A DNA stretch of 64,000 nucleotides. It comes from Spirochaetaceae bacterium (GTDB lineage: Bacteria > Spirochaetota > Spirochaetia > DSM-2461). Below the pieces are notes generated by a model, which was given only the letters and a program-made list of their open reading frames with translations, was not told where the DNA came from and ran no database searches. Below, piece by piece: positions 19,693 to 30,259 of the stretch; the first letter of the stretch is position 1; the number at the start of each line of letters is the position of its first letter. The DNA lies in contig JAOPTT010000005.1 in the NCBI GenBank assembly GCA_051531975.1, positions 224,001 to 288,000 of the forward strand. The letters are read 5' to 3'. A program made the translations under genes and the position numbers.

Positions 19693-22626
19693 TTAATCTA
19701 AGTTTATTTTTAATGTTTTTACTTCAAATGCACTGAAGTTTAATGTTAATTCTGATTCTTTTGTTAATAGTTCCGGGTTATCTTCCACCATGTTAGTTTC
19801 ATAAATTCCATTTGTTGGTTTTTTTATAGTCAACTTACAGCTTTCTTCTAAACCATTTCTTTCATATAGTCGTAATATTAAATTATTAGAATCTTCACTC
19901 TCTTTAACTGTAGAGTAGGTGATACTGTTATTGGACAGTGTAAAAAGATTGTTAATTATGGTTTCTCCATCTTTATACACAGGTAACCAGCTGTTAAAAT
20001 TCATAGCTCTATTATCAACTTTAGCCTCTGTTACATTTCCATTATGAACATATAGACCATATTTGATCTCATGTTTACCTATGTCTCCACTTTTACATGG
20101 ATAATTTGTTGACTTAATTAGGTTTAGATCCAAAATACTGTTTTTTGTTTTAAAGCCGTATTTACTATCAGTTATTATAGAAGCTCCCCAATCTTTATTA
20201 CTCATATCAACCCAGTTATGCCCACAAGCTTCGTATTGAGCTCTCTCCTGTTTTGTATCATTTTTAGTTGATCTTGAAATATTACCAAATTGAATATCAA
20301 ACACAGCTTTATCAGTTTTTAGAGTAAGAGGGAATGATGTTCTTAACATTCGTCTTATATTTTGCCAGTCTACATCTAAAACAAAATCGATCTGTCTGCT
20401 ATCTGGTTTTAACCTAATTTTTTGAGTTAATCTGCTTTTACCATATTTATAATGTTGAACTATCTCTTGTACAGTTCCGTAATTAAACTCTTCACTTTTA
20501 ACTAACTTCATTTTATATGTTGGAAGGATTTTATAGAACTTAAAAATATCCCAGGCACTTGCGATATCTGTATATACTTTGAAAGAGTTCCCAGGAGCTC
20601 TTAAAACTTCTCTGTTAAACTCTTTATCGAAGATAGATTTTATTGAACCATCTCTTTTAAAGTTTACTTTGATAAAATTGTTTTCCATTACTCTTACAGA
20701 TTTTCTTAAAGATTTTTTATAAGCGACTTTATCAATAATGTTTGAGGAGAGTGGTGAGATTGTTAAACTCTGATATTCACTGTCTGAGTATCTATCAACA
20801 ACAGACTCTTCAGCTAGTGGATTATAAACTTTTATATCGTCTATATTTATTATATCCTTATCGTCTAATATTTTTGTTCCAAGCACAGTGGAAGTTATCT
20901 CTTCTAATCTTTTATCAAGGATCTCATACTTATATATACATTCATCATAAACTCTTTTAATAGAAGAACCAGGTAGTATGTCGTGGAACTGATATAACAA
21001 TACTTCCTGCCAAATCTCCCTTATCTCATTTTTATATATATTGTAACTATCCATTTGAATTAATAGGGTTTCCACAGTTTTTAATCTGTTTTCAAGTTTT
21101 CTGTTATAATATTTAACTCTACTTTGTGATGTATAAGTACCTCTATGTTTCTCTAGGTATAACTCACCAGCAAATGATGGAAATTTATCCTTAATATCCT
21201 TCAATTTATGAAAAAAGTCCCTGGAAGTTTCAATTTTAACCTTAGGCATTGGAGATGTTCCATTTAATCTTTTTATTCTCTCTAAGTGGCTTGCTGCAGG
21301 TCCTCCACCACCATTACCAACACCAAATAGACTAAGTGTTTTTTGTGATATAGCTTTTTCCTTATAATTTTCTTTTGATTTTAAAAGATATTTTACATTT
21401 GCAGGACTATTATATTCCCCTTCTGGAGGCATGTGTGAAAATACTGTAGAACCATCAATTCCTTCCCAGTTAAAAGTATGATGAGGAAATTTATTTGTAT
21501 CGTTCCAGGACAATTTTATTGTCATAAAATAGTCTAAACCAGATTTTTTAATAATTTGAGGCATATTTCCTGAATATCCAAAAACATCTGGTAGCCATAA
21601 TGAATTTACCTTTATATCAAACTCATCCTGGAAATATTTAACTCCATATAACATTTGACGAACCAGGGCCTCTTCTCCCGATACATTAGTATCTGCTTCT
21701 ACCCACATTCCACCTTGAACTTCCCATCTGCCTTCTTTTACTCTCTGTTTAACTTCTTCGTAAAGTGATGGGTGTTGTTCTTTAATCCATTTATATAGTT
21801 GAGGTTGACTGGCACCAAATTTATAATCTGGGTATTCATCCATTAATCTAAGTGCGTTGGCAAATGTTCTAGCACCTTTTCTATATGTCTCTCGAATTGG
21901 CCATAACCATGCCAGATCCAGATGGGCGTGACCTATAGAACTAATTTCATGATTATCTTTGCTTTTAGTTTTTAATAGATCCTGTGTAATACTTAGTGAA
22001 TCTTTGATCCAATTTGAATTAGATAATCTATTTATTTTATTCAGACCTTTGTTATATTTCTTATAAGCTGACTTATCCCTAGTCCTCGAAGCGTTTTTTA
22101 ATGGAACTAAAGATTTCAGATCATAATAAAGTGTTCTTGCATCAAGATCTCTTGTAACTATTTCTACAGTTTCGATACGGCCTTTTCTTTTTACTTTCCC
22201 AAAAAGGTCGTTCATACCAGCATCTAACCACAGATCAATATTTCCATCTGAAGATATAAAGTCATTAATAGGGAAGTATCTTTTTGCAGGAGATCCTAGG
22301 GAGCCTATAAAACCAAAAGTTGAACTTCCATTAGTGAATCCTTTAAGAGGTTTACCATTTGTATCAAATAGTAGGGCTTCACAGTTCATATCCAGTTTCA
22401 GATATAAAGTTTGTTCTGTTTTAACATTAACTTTTCCTGTTAAATGAAACCATCCACATGAAAATAGTCTTCCCCATGTATCACCAATTTTATACTCAGT
22501 ATAATTTAGTTGTTTACGTTCTAAAAATGGAACAGGTTCTTCTGTTATTGCTCCAGATATATTTAAATCTAATATTTTTGTATCAATTAATTGTTTTGCC
22601 CTGCTGATAATTTTTAAAAATTGCAT
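19693..22626 (-). CDS. GH38 alpha-mannosidase (cytosolic MngB/Man2C1-like)
   Basis: GHAHLDLAWLW, WLPDVFGYS, GELYLEKHRGTYTSQ, QFHDILPGSSI. Confidence 0.93.
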   Translation of the reverse strand: MQFLKIISRAKQLIDTKILDLNISGAITEEPVPFLERKQLNYTEYKIGDTWGRLFSCGWFHLTGKVNVKTEQTLYLKLDMNCEALLFDTNGKPLKGFTNGSSTFGFIGSLGSPAKRYFPINDFISSDGNIDLWLDAGMNDLFGKVKRKGRIETVEIVTRDLDARTLYYDLKSLVPLKNASRTRDKSAYKKYNKGLNKINRLSNSNWIKDSLSITQDLLKTKSKDNHEISSIGHAHLDLAWLWPIRETYRKGARTFANALRLMDEYPDYKFGASQPQLYKWIKEQHPSLYEEVKQRVKEGRWEVQGGMWVEADTNVSGEEALVRQMLYGVKYFQDEFDIKVNSLWLPDVFGYSGNMPQIIKKSGLDYFMTIKLSWNDTNKFPHHTFNWEGIDGSTVFSHMPPEGEYNSPANVKYLLKSKENYKEKAISQKTLSLFGVGNGGGGPAASHLERIKRLNGTSPMPKVKIETSRDFFHKLKDIKDKFPSFAGELYLEKHRGTYTSQSRVKYYNRKLENRLKTVETLLIQMDSYNIYKNEIREIWQEVLLYQFHDILPGSSIKRVYDECIYKYEILDKRLEEITSTVLGTKILDDKDIINIDDIKVYNPLAEESVVDRYSDSEYQSLTISPLSSNIIDKVAYKKSLRKSVRVMENNFIKVNFKRDGSIKSIFDKEFNREVLRAPGNSFKVYTDIASAWDIFKFYKILPTYKMKLVKSEEFNYGTVQEIVQHYKYGKSRLTQKIRLKPDSRQIDFVLDVDWQNIRRMLRTSFPLTLKTDKAVFDIQFGNISRSTKNDTKQERAQYEACGHNWVDMSNKDWGASIITDSKYGFKTKNSILDLNLIKSTNYPCKSGDIGKHEIKYGLYVHNGNVTEAKVDNRAMNFNSWLPVYKDGETIINNLFTLSNNSITYSTVKESEDSNNLILRLYERNGLEESCKLTIKKPTNGIYETNMVEDNPELLTKESELTLNFSAFEVKTLKINLD

Positions 22627-22644
22627 TAATAATCTCCAATGTTG

Positions 22645-22703
22645 TATGATATATCAAATAAGTCTTATTTGATATATCATATCATAACTAGTGGAGATGT
22701 CAA
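22645..22703 (-). promoter_or_regulatory. Promoter of the GH38-GH38-GH2 operon with tandem TGATATATCA operators in a 37-bp palindrome
   Basis: -35 TTGACA 22703-22698, -10 TATGAT 22681-22676; boxes 22647-22656 and 22670-22679. Confidence 0.75.
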
Positions 22704-22722
22704 TTGTAAAATTATATTACTT

Positions 22723-23868
22723 TTACTTTTTAGGTTTTCCTGTAGATTTTCTTATAAGAAGTTTAGCCTTAACAGTTTGTATATTAACTTCCATACCAGG
22801 GAATTGTATCTTTTTAAATAACTCTTCTGCAGCAAGATTTCCTATTTTGTAAACGGGTTGCTCTACAGTTGTTAAAGGTACAGGTAGATGGGACGAAAAT
22901 GGAAGGTTATCAAATCCTGTTATAGAGTAGTCTTCAGGGATCTTTATTCCTCTGCTAATAGCTGTTCTCATAATTACTTCAGCCATCTGGTCATTAACAG
23001 CAGTTATAGCTGTAGGCCTTTCAGAGGCTGGGATGGATTCGATAAAATCAATTATATAGTTACATTGTCTAACTTCAAGAGGCTCATCAGGGTGGTAATC
23101 TGATGGTACAGAGTTCAGATCCATATCTGTAAATAGGTGTTTCTTTTGAAGAGGTAAACCATGGCTAACATGGGCTTTGCAAAATCCGTTATATCTACTA
23201 AGTTCAGATGAGACATCGTAAACTGAAGTTCCTGCAAAAACTATTTTTGTATGTCCAAGCTCAATTAGATGGCTTGTTATTTCATAGGATCCCATTTCAT
23301 TATCTGCCCATACAAGAGGTGCATCGATACCATGGATTTTTTTATCCAATAAAACAAAAGGAAACTTATCTATTAATAAATTACTGTAAAGATCCATATT
23401 GTCACTATGTTCTACAGGATAAAGGATAATTCCATGTGATTGTTTTGCTACAAGATCCAAGATTATCTCTCTTTCTATTTTTGGATCATCCGAGGAGTTA
23501 TGAAAGGTTACAAGGTAGTTTTTTTTCTTGGCAACATCTTCAATACCTTTAAATATATCAAAAGAAAAATTCCCTTCAAATGGTAAAACTAGGGATATAA
23601 TCGATAATTTTGTGCCAGTTTCTATATTACTTTGTGAGGTTTTCCATATTTCTGAATCGTTAACATAGCTACCGCTACCTTTAATTCTTCTAATATAATT
23701 ACCTTGTTCAAGCTCCTTTAAAGCTCTAGTAACTGTAATTCTGCTAACATTAAAATTTTTAGATATTTCCATTTCAGTAGGTAGTCGATGATCTTTTTGG
23801 AATTCACCTGACTTTATTTTACTAAATATATCTTTATATATTATTACATATAGTGGTTCTTTACTCAT
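22723..23868 (-). CDS. GntR wHTH + LacI-type effector-binding regulator (AraR-like architecture)
   Basis: LPTEMEISKNFNVSRITVTRAL...GSGSYV; C-terminal IPEDYSITGFDN, PLTTVEQP, LLIRKST. Confidence 0.92.
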   Translation of the reverse strand: MSKEPLYVIIYKDIFSKIKSGEFQKDHRLPTEMEISKNFNVSRITVTRALKELEQGNYIRRIKGSGSYVNDSEIWKTSQSNIETGTKLSIISLVLPFEGNFSFDIFKGIEDVAKKKNYLVTFHNSSDDPKIEREIILDLVAKQSHGIILYPVEHSDNMDLYSNLLIDKFPFVLLDKKIHGIDAPLVWADNEMGSYEITSHLIELGHTKIVFAGTSVYDVSSELSRYNGFCKAHVSHGLPLQKKHLFTDMDLNSVPSDYHPDEPLEVRQCNYIIDFIESIPASERPTAITAVNDQMAEVIMRTAISRGIKIPEDYSITGFDNLPFSSHLPVPLTTVEQPVYKIGNLAAEELFKKIQFPGMEVNIQTVKAKLLIRKSTGKPKK

Positions 23869-23937
23869 ATTAGGATAATACCATATTAAATAATTAATGA
23901 CATCAAAATAAAAAAAATTACTTTAATTCTTGTATAT

Positions 23938-24051
23938 TGATATATCATAGGGTGTAAAATATCTGTTTTTTAACAAAATTGAGAATGTTTCATGCAGTGT
24001 TTCTAGCATGAAATATCTTGACAATAGAGTTTTTCATGATATGATATATCA
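23938..24051. promoter_or_regulatory. Divergent control region regulator/GH78 with two TGATATATCA boxes
   Basis: Boxes 23938-23947 and 24042-24051; TTGACA 24018-24023, TATGAT 24040-24045. Confidence 0.7.
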
Positions 24052-24099
24052 ATTAAAACCTTTTATGCTATGACAACTTGGATTAAATGAGGATAAGTA

Positions 24100-26424
24100 A
24101 TGATAAAAAGAAATTGTGATTTTACAAATGCTAAATGGATTGGGAAGAAGTATCACAGTATAAAACACAGTAGAAAAAAAGAGGAATCAATAATACATCA
24201 CTCAAACTCTATTCTAAGAAGGTTTTTTGATAAATCTCTTGGAAACCTAGGGTTTCAAAACCGTGAATTTGTAGAGGCTCCTTTTTTCAGAAAAGTGATA
24301 AATGTTAATAATATCAAATCAGCTAAGGTAAGCATTACAGGGTTAGGTTATTTTGAGTTATATATAAATGGTCAAAAAGTTGGAGACGATATTTTATCTC
24401 CACCTTTTAGCCAGTACGAGAAGACAACTTACTATCTCAGTTACGATATTAAGTCTTATCTTAAAGAGGGTGAAAATGTTTTTGGAGTAGTTCTTGGTAA
24501 TGGGATGTTTAATGTTCATCTAAATAATGCATGGAACTATGATACAACCCATTGGCGAAGTTTCCCTAAGTTTATATTAAGCGGTGTAATAGAAGCAGAT
24601 CGTAACATTAGTATCGTAAGTGATGATACCTGGAAAGTTACAACAGGTCCTATTATTAGTGATGATATATATGGGGGAGAAACCTACGATGCCCGTCTGG
24701 AACTATACGATTGGATGGATAGTTCAATAGATGATTCTAGTTGGGGTGATATAAAAATATATAGCTCTCCAACAGAGACATTAAAACCCTTGGATATGCC
24801 GCCTATGAAGATAATTAAGCAGATTAAACCTGTTAATTACTGGAAGATAGGTGATAAAAAGTGGGTATTTGATCTTGGTGTTAATACAACAGGATTTGTA
24901 CGGTTAAAATCTGCTGCAACTAAGGGAACTGAGGTGACCTTAACATATGCTGAAATGCTAAATGGAAAAGAACTGGATCGCAAAGCACTGCTTGAACATA
25001 CAGTAAAAAAAGACCATAAATACATACAAAAGGATAGGTATATATTTAAAGGTGAGGGTATGGAAGAGTGGCAACCCCGTTTTACCTACCACGGGTTCCA
25101 ATATGTAGAAGCCCATGGACTGGAAAGTGTAGATGAGTCTACTATTTTAGGCTTAGAAATACATACAGATCTAAAAGAAATTGGTGGTTTTAGCTGTTCT
25201 AATGAATTATTAAACAAGATATTTATAGCAGGAAATCAATCCAACTTAAACAATTTCCAAGGTCTACCTACAGATTGTCCTCATAGGGAGAAAAACGGTT
25301 GGACTGGGGATGTAAATCTATCAATCGATTATAATCTATTATGTTATGATTCTGAACATATCTTTAAAAAATGGTTAAATGATATTGCCGATAACCAGAA
25401 GAAAAATGGCCAGATTCCAGCAATTGCCCCTACAAGTGGTTGGGGATTTGATGGTTTTTCAGGACCAGCCTGGGACAGTGCTCTAATAATAATTCCTTGG
25501 CATATATTTCTTTATCGTGGTGATACAAAGTTCTTAGAATCTATGTATGAAACTATGAAAAAATATATGACATGGCAAACAGGTAAAGCAAAAAATGACA
25601 TTATAACCTATGGGCTTGGGGATTGGTGTTCACCTAACAGAGTTGCCCATAAACCAAAATGTCCTATTGCCATAACAAGTACCGGTTATCATTATGACTC
25701 AACAAAATTGATGGCAAAAATTGCAGAAGTTCTTGGCAGAAGTAAGGATGTTTTAAAGTATAAAGAACAAGCAGAAAGAATACATTCTGCATTTAATAAA
25801 AAGTTTGTAGACCGAGAAACTGGTTTTATAGAAGGTGACTGTCAGGCAAGCTATGCAGCAGCCCTATTTTTTGGTTTTATAAGTGACGATCTTACTCAAA
25901 AAGTTCTTGATAGGCTTATAGGACATGTTAAAGAGCAAAATTATCATCTTGATACTGGAATTCTAGGTACTAGATTTCTTTTAGATGTTTTAAGCCGGTA
26001 TGGTCGTGGGGATTTAGCATATAAAATCGCAACACAAACAGATTTTCCTAGTTGGGGACTTTGGATAGAGCAGGGTGCTACAACATTATGGGAGAACTGG
26101 AATGGAGAGCAATCTAGAAATCATAGAATGTTTGGAAGTATTAGTAGCTGGTTTCTTTGTAACTTAACAGGAATTCAGATGGATGATAAGTTCCCTGGTG
26201 GTAAAAAAGTTAATATCAGACCCGATTTTAATAACGATCTTACATGGGCAAAAGGATACACAGAAACTGATAGTGGGAAATTATCTGTTTACTGGCATCG
26301 AATTGAAAATAGGATCACTTTAAAAATAGATGCTCCCTCAGATGTTGATATTACAATCTACTTAGATAGTAGTTATGAATGTGAAATAGATTCAACATGC
26401 AAGTATGAGATTCTTTATATATAA
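24100..26424 (+). CDS. GH78 alpha-L-rhamnosidase family protein
   Basis: GLGYFELYING, GETYDAR, FTYHGFQYVE, PTDCPHREKNGWTGD, GATTLWENW, SRNHRMFG. Confidence 0.92.
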   Translation: MIKRNCDFTNAKWIGKKYHSIKHSRKKEESIIHHSNSILRRFFDKSLGNLGFQNREFVEAPFFRKVINVNNIKSAKVSITGLGYFELYINGQKVGDDILSPPFSQYEKTTYYLSYDIKSYLKEGENVFGVVLGNGMFNVHLNNAWNYDTTHWRSFPKFILSGVIEADRNISIVSDDTWKVTTGPIISDDIYGGETYDARLELYDWMDSSIDDSSWGDIKIYSSPTETLKPLDMPPMKIIKQIKPVNYWKIGDKKWVFDLGVNTTGFVRLKSAATKGTEVTLTYAEMLNGKELDRKALLEHTVKKDHKYIQKDRYIFKGEGMEEWQPRFTYHGFQYVEAHGLESVDESTILGLEIHTDLKEIGGFSCSNELLNKIFIAGNQSNLNNFQGLPTDCPHREKNGWTGDVNLSIDYNLLCYDSEHIFKKWLNDIADNQKKNGQIPAIAPTSGWGFDGFSGPAWDSALIIIPWHIFLYRGDTKFLESMYETMKKYMTWQTGKAKNDIITYGLGDWCSPNRVAHKPKCPIAITSTGYHYDSTKLMAKIAEVLGRSKDVLKYKEQAERIHSAFNKKFVDRETGFIEGDCQASYAAALFFGFISDDLTQKVLDRLIGHVKEQNYHLDTGILGTRFLLDVLSRYGRGDLAYKIATQTDFPSWGLWIEQGATTLWENWNGEQSRNHRMFGSISSWFLCNLTGIQMDDKFPGGKKVNIRPDFNNDLTWAKGYTETDSGKLSVYWHRIENRITLKIDAPSDVDITIYLDSSYECEIDSTCKYEILYI

Positions 26425-26435
26425 GCTAAAAGGAT

Positions 26436-27272
26436 CTATCTCATAAGCTTAGACAGTACTGAATCCGGTACATCAAAGTCACCATCGCCAATACCTATCT
26501 CTATCTCTGGTCTATTATCACCGTGATAGTCTGATCCACCTGATGGGATAAAATCATACAGATCTAGAAAGTAATCTACTTGTACCATATCCTCAGTTGT
26601 AAATGTTGGATAATAACGTTCCATTCCATCTAAGCCAATGTTTTTAAGCTCTAATAGTCGTTGTTTCATTTCACTAAACGTATACCCCTGAAACCCTATG
26701 TTTTTGTTGTAATGTGCGAGAAAAGATTTTCCATGGCCTGCTTTAATTATCTTTATTGCCAGTTCAGGGGATAATAATTCACCCGTTTGGTAAGGGATCT
26801 TGTCAAGATATCTGGTCCATGCTTTCGATATATTCTGAACCCGCTTAGTTGCAACCAGCCATTTAGCTACAGCTTGCCGATCTAACCATTTACCGGTTTT
26901 AAAGGGTAGGAGTTGATCCATTTCTAAATGAAGACCTATTATATTTAAAGATTCTATTGTAAAAAACAGTTGGTTTTGTCTCTTTTCTTTAAATGTATTA
27001 TATAAGAGTAAAAAGTCGGGGATTTGTACATCTAGATCCAAACCTAATATGTGCAATAGTCGACCATTACCATTATCAACTGAAAATTCGATTCCATGAA
27101 TAAATGATATACCTAGTTTCTTCGCTTCTCTATCCGCTTCTTCAAGTCCATCAATAGTATCATGGTCAGTTAAAGCTACAGCAGTTAAGTTTCTAGCTTT
27201 TGCCATTTGTATTATCTGGGAAGGAGTAGCTGTTCCATCAGTAATATTTGAATGAACATGTAAGTCAATCAT
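26436..27272 (-). CDS. PHP-domain metallophosphoesterase (YciV/TrpH-like)
   Basis: DLHVHSNITDG, ALTDHDT, LAHY, GGSDYHG; ATG 27272 after GGAG. Confidence 0.88.
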   Translation of the reverse strand: MIDLHVHSNITDGTATPSQIIQMAKARNLTAVALTDHDTIDGLEEADREAKKLGISFIHGIEFSVDNGNGRLLHILGLDLDVQIPDFLLLYNTFKEKRQNQLFFTIESLNIIGLHLEMDQLLPFKTGKWLDRQAVAKWLVATKRVQNISKAWTRYLDKIPYQTGELLSPELAIKIIKAGHGKSFLAHYNKNIGFQGYTFSEMKQRLLELKNIGLDGMERYYPTFTTEDMVQVDYFLDLYDFIPSGGSDYHGDNRPEIEIGIGDGDFDVPDSVLSKLMR

Positions 27273-27365
27273 ATTTATCTCCAATTATCTCTCTAGCAAA
27301 ATACTGTGTGATCACATAATATAAAATGAGCGGAGCAATTGTAGAAGTTTATTTAAAGGTATTTA

Positions 27366-27800
27366 TTATATAGTTTCAGAATCCCGGGTAAAAACATCCA
27401 ATTCACCTATATAATCCTTTGTCTGTAAAATGTTAAAAGCTTCTTCCTCGGTTTTTACATATTCCGGAACAACAAAAGATTTACTATCAGAAATATTATT
27501 AGTAAAACTCTCAATGAAATTGTTGGTCACAATTATTATTTGATCTGTACAACGGACCTTAATTTTTTCAGGATTTTCTTGGTCAGAAATAGCTACTGAT
27601 AAAACTTCAGGAGTTGCAAGTCCCCACTCTCTAAAATCAAGTACTTGAGCCCACTGTTTACCATTAAAAGATTTTGCAATTTCAAATATTCTTTTATTGT
27701 ACTGCTTATATGTATCTATATTTATAGCGCCAATGAATCTAACTAATATAATATTACCATGATATTCTATTTTGAAAGATCCGTGTTTATTAACTACCAT
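27366..27800 (-). CDS. Hypothetical protein (possible STAS/SpoIIAA-like fold)
   Basis: 144 aa; VRFIGAIN...QVLDFREWGLATPEV pattern. Confidence 0.5.
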   Translation of the reverse strand: MVVNKHGSFKIEYHGNIILVRFIGAINIDTYKQYNKRIFEIAKSFNGKQWAQVLDFREWGLATPEVLSVAISDQENPEKIKVRCTDQIIIVTNNFIESFTNNISDSKSFVVPEYVKTEEEAFNILQTKDYIGELDVFTRDSETI

Positions 27801-27924
27801 AAATAATAATATAACAATTTTTACAATTTTTACAAATGGGAATATATTAAATGTTAAAAATTTATACCTAAAAAAGTCCAGATTTAATATTTTTATACAA
27901 AACTAACAAAATTACAAATTAAAT

Positions 27925-27998
27925 TTGACTGATAAATTATAGGGTGTTACAATTTTATTTGTCGCTGAACGGCGTTCATTAGTATGATTGGTATTCAT
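27925..27998 (+). promoter_or_regulatory. Promoter and TetR-type operators of the tetR-sulfatase-GPH operon
   Basis: TTGACT 27925-27930, 17 bp spacer, TACAAT 27948-27953; TGAAC-GGC-GTTCA 27966-27978 and imperfect ATGATTGGTATTCAT 27984-27998. Confidence 0.6.
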
Positions 27999-28022
27999 TT
28001 TAAAACAATATATGGAGTTTGT

Positions 28023-28664
28023 ATGGATAAAGAAGAGAGAAAACAACTAGAAAAAGAACAAGCTGCAGAGAAAAGACGTATACAAATATTAAATGCCGGT
28101 AAAAAACTATTTTCAGAGAAAAGTCCTGGAGAGGTTACTATGGCAGCAATAGGACGTGAATGCGCTTTAAGTCCTGGTACCATTTATCTATATTATGTTT
28201 CAAAGGAAGATCTACTTTTTCACATTATGGCAGAGTTTTTATCAGGGGTTATTTTATTATATAAAATTGATGAACATCTTAGTGGTATCCAGGTTGTACA
28301 AAAACTTATAACAAGTTTAAAAGATGATTATATGATTAACCTTCCAATGAAAAATCTTGTTGCTCACTTTAATCTATATTATGAAAATGAGTACCCCGAT
28401 CTTCCAATCGTTAGTAAGTTCGAAAAAATAGCTAATGAAATAAATAATAATTTTGAAAATATAATCCAGAAAGGAATTGATGATCAGACTATTAGAGGCG
28501 ATATAAACCCAAGACTTTATGGCTGTCTAATTGGAAACCTTGCAGGTACATTTGGTAGTAGAACTGCACTTAGAAGGAAAATCCTGACTAAAAACCAGAA
28601 AATAGATCCCTTTGAGGAGTTTTGTTTAGCCTTAGATCTTATTTTAAATGCCTTAAAAAGTTAA
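28023..28664 (+). CDS. TetR/AcrR-family regulator
   Basis: ILNAGKKLF...VTMAAIGRECALSPGTIYLYYVSKEDL; ATG 28023 after GGAG. Confidence 0.9.
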   Translation: MDKEERKQLEKEQAAEKRRIQILNAGKKLFSEKSPGEVTMAAIGRECALSPGTIYLYYVSKEDLLFHIMAEFLSGVILLYKIDEHLSGIQVVQKLITSLKDDYMINLPMKNLVAHFNLYYENEYPDLPIVSKFEKIANEINNNFENIIQKGIDDQTIRGDINPRLYGCLIGNLAGTFGSRTALRRKILTKNQKIDPFEEFCLALDLILNALKS

Positions 28665-28724
28665 ATAATAAAGTCTGGTCGTATTCTTCGAATACTGCTC
28701 GACTATGCAACCAAGGAGAAATAT

Positions 28725-30257
28725 ATGACTGTTTTTTTTACAATTGTTGGAACTATAATAACTTTAATCTGTCTAGCTATTATAGTTTTATTTCGTTCTC
28801 TATCGGCTAAACGCAAAAAGTGGCAAAAAAAAGCTGATCCTCACTTGAAAGATCATCAGAGTTACCTTGATGCAATTAAGGCTGTAGATCCAGCTGAAAA
28901 AAAACAAGTTCCCAATGTCATTGTAATCCTTATGGACGATATGGGGTGGGGGGATATTTCCCACTTTGGTTCTAAGGCTATAAATACACCAAATATTGAC
29001 CGTTTGGCCAAGAAGGGAGCATCTATGATGAATGGATACTCATCCAGCCCTGTATGCAGCCCAAGTCGTTTTGGCCTATTAACTGGTCGTTATCCTTTTA
29101 GGGGTATGATTAATGGAGTATTTTTCCCAAGTATTAATCCTAATAAAACCGAAGTATTCGATATGGAATATGATGATGACGGAATCATTTCAGGAAAACC
29201 ACCTGGTAAAAACCCTTTAAAACCCTGGATGTTCTACCCATTAGCAAGAAGATCTATGAATGTGGATGGTATTCTACCCGATGAAATAACAATTGCTGAA
29301 GCTCTTAAGTCCAGAGGTTACCGTACCGGTATGTTTGGTAAGTGGCATTTAGGGGATAAATCCCCATATCTACCAAACGATAAGGGATTTGAATACTTTT
29401 ATGGTGCACACTATTCAAACGATATGGCACCTTATAAGCTATGGAGAAACAGTGAGATCGCTGAAGATGGGATTATAGATCAAAACAGATTAACCTCTAA
29501 ATTAACAGACGAAATTGTTAATTTTATAGATAAGAGTGAAGATGATCCATTTTTTGTCTATTACCCATCACCATGGCCACATCATCCCTTATCTGCAGGA
29601 GAAGATTTCCAGGGTAAAAGTAAAGGTGGTCTATATGGAGACTGTATTCAGGAAGTTGACTGGAGTGTTGGTCAAATAATTAAAAAACTTGAAGATACTG
29701 GAAAACTTGATAATACACTTATTTTATTTACCAGCGATAATGGTCCATGGCATCAGGGATCTCCAGGAATGCATAGAGGAAGAAAAGGAAACTCATTTGA
29801 CGGTGGACAGATTGTACCTATGTTGGCTCACTATCCAAAAGCCATACCCGAAGGGCTTGTTACAAATGAACATGTCATGAATATAGACTTTTTACCAACA
29901 ATAATGGGGCTTGCCGGTATAGAACTTCCAAAAGATCGAGTTATTGATGGTAGAGATATTATGCCGCTGTTAAAAAAAGAGACAGAAAAGAGCCCACATG
30001 ATGAGCTTTATTATATCTACAACATGGCTGCCCATGGTATTAGAACACAGGATCACTTTAAATACTTTGCAACTCAAAAAAGTGAAAATTCAACTTATAA
30101 ACAGATGAAGATACATCCATTCCTTTTTAATTTAAACATTGATCAAAATGAATCATATGATCAAAGAAAACATTTTCCGGATAAAACAAAGGTATTAAGG
30201 GATAGATTGTACAATTTTAATTGTGAGATTCAAGAGAATCCACGGGGCTGGAGGTAA
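28725..30257 (+). CDS. Cys-type arylsulfatase with N-terminal membrane anchor
   Basis: PNVIVILMDDMG, CSPSRFGLLTGRY, GKWHLG, SDNGPW; hydrophobic residues 3-23. Confidence 0.9.
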   Translation: MTVFFTIVGTIITLICLAIIVLFRSLSAKRKKWQKKADPHLKDHQSYLDAIKAVDPAEKKQVPNVIVILMDDMGWGDISHFGSKAINTPNIDRLAKKGASMMNGYSSSPVCSPSRFGLLTGRYPFRGMINGVFFPSINPNKTEVFDMEYDDDGIISGKPPGKNPLKPWMFYPLARRSMNVDGILPDEITIAEALKSRGYRTGMFGKWHLGDKSPYLPNDKGFEYFYGAHYSNDMAPYKLWRNSEIAEDGIIDQNRLTSKLTDEIVNFIDKSEDDPFFVYYPSPWPHHPLSAGEDFQGKSKGGLYGDCIQEVDWSVGQIIKKLEDTGKLDNTLILFTSDNGPWHQGSPGMHRGRKGNSFDGGQIVPMLAHYPKAIPEGLVTNEHVMNIDFLPTIMGLAGIELPKDRVIDGRDIMPLLKKETEKSPHDELYYIYNMAAHGIRTQDHFKYFATQKSENSTYKQMKIHPFLFNLNIDQNESYDQRKHFPDKTKVLRDRLYNFNCEIQENPRGWR

Positions 30258-30259
30258 AA

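Noticed and set aside
23988..24013. Short inverted repeat tttcatgc/gcatgaaa
   Set aside because: Only 8-bp arms, single occurrence, no function can be supported
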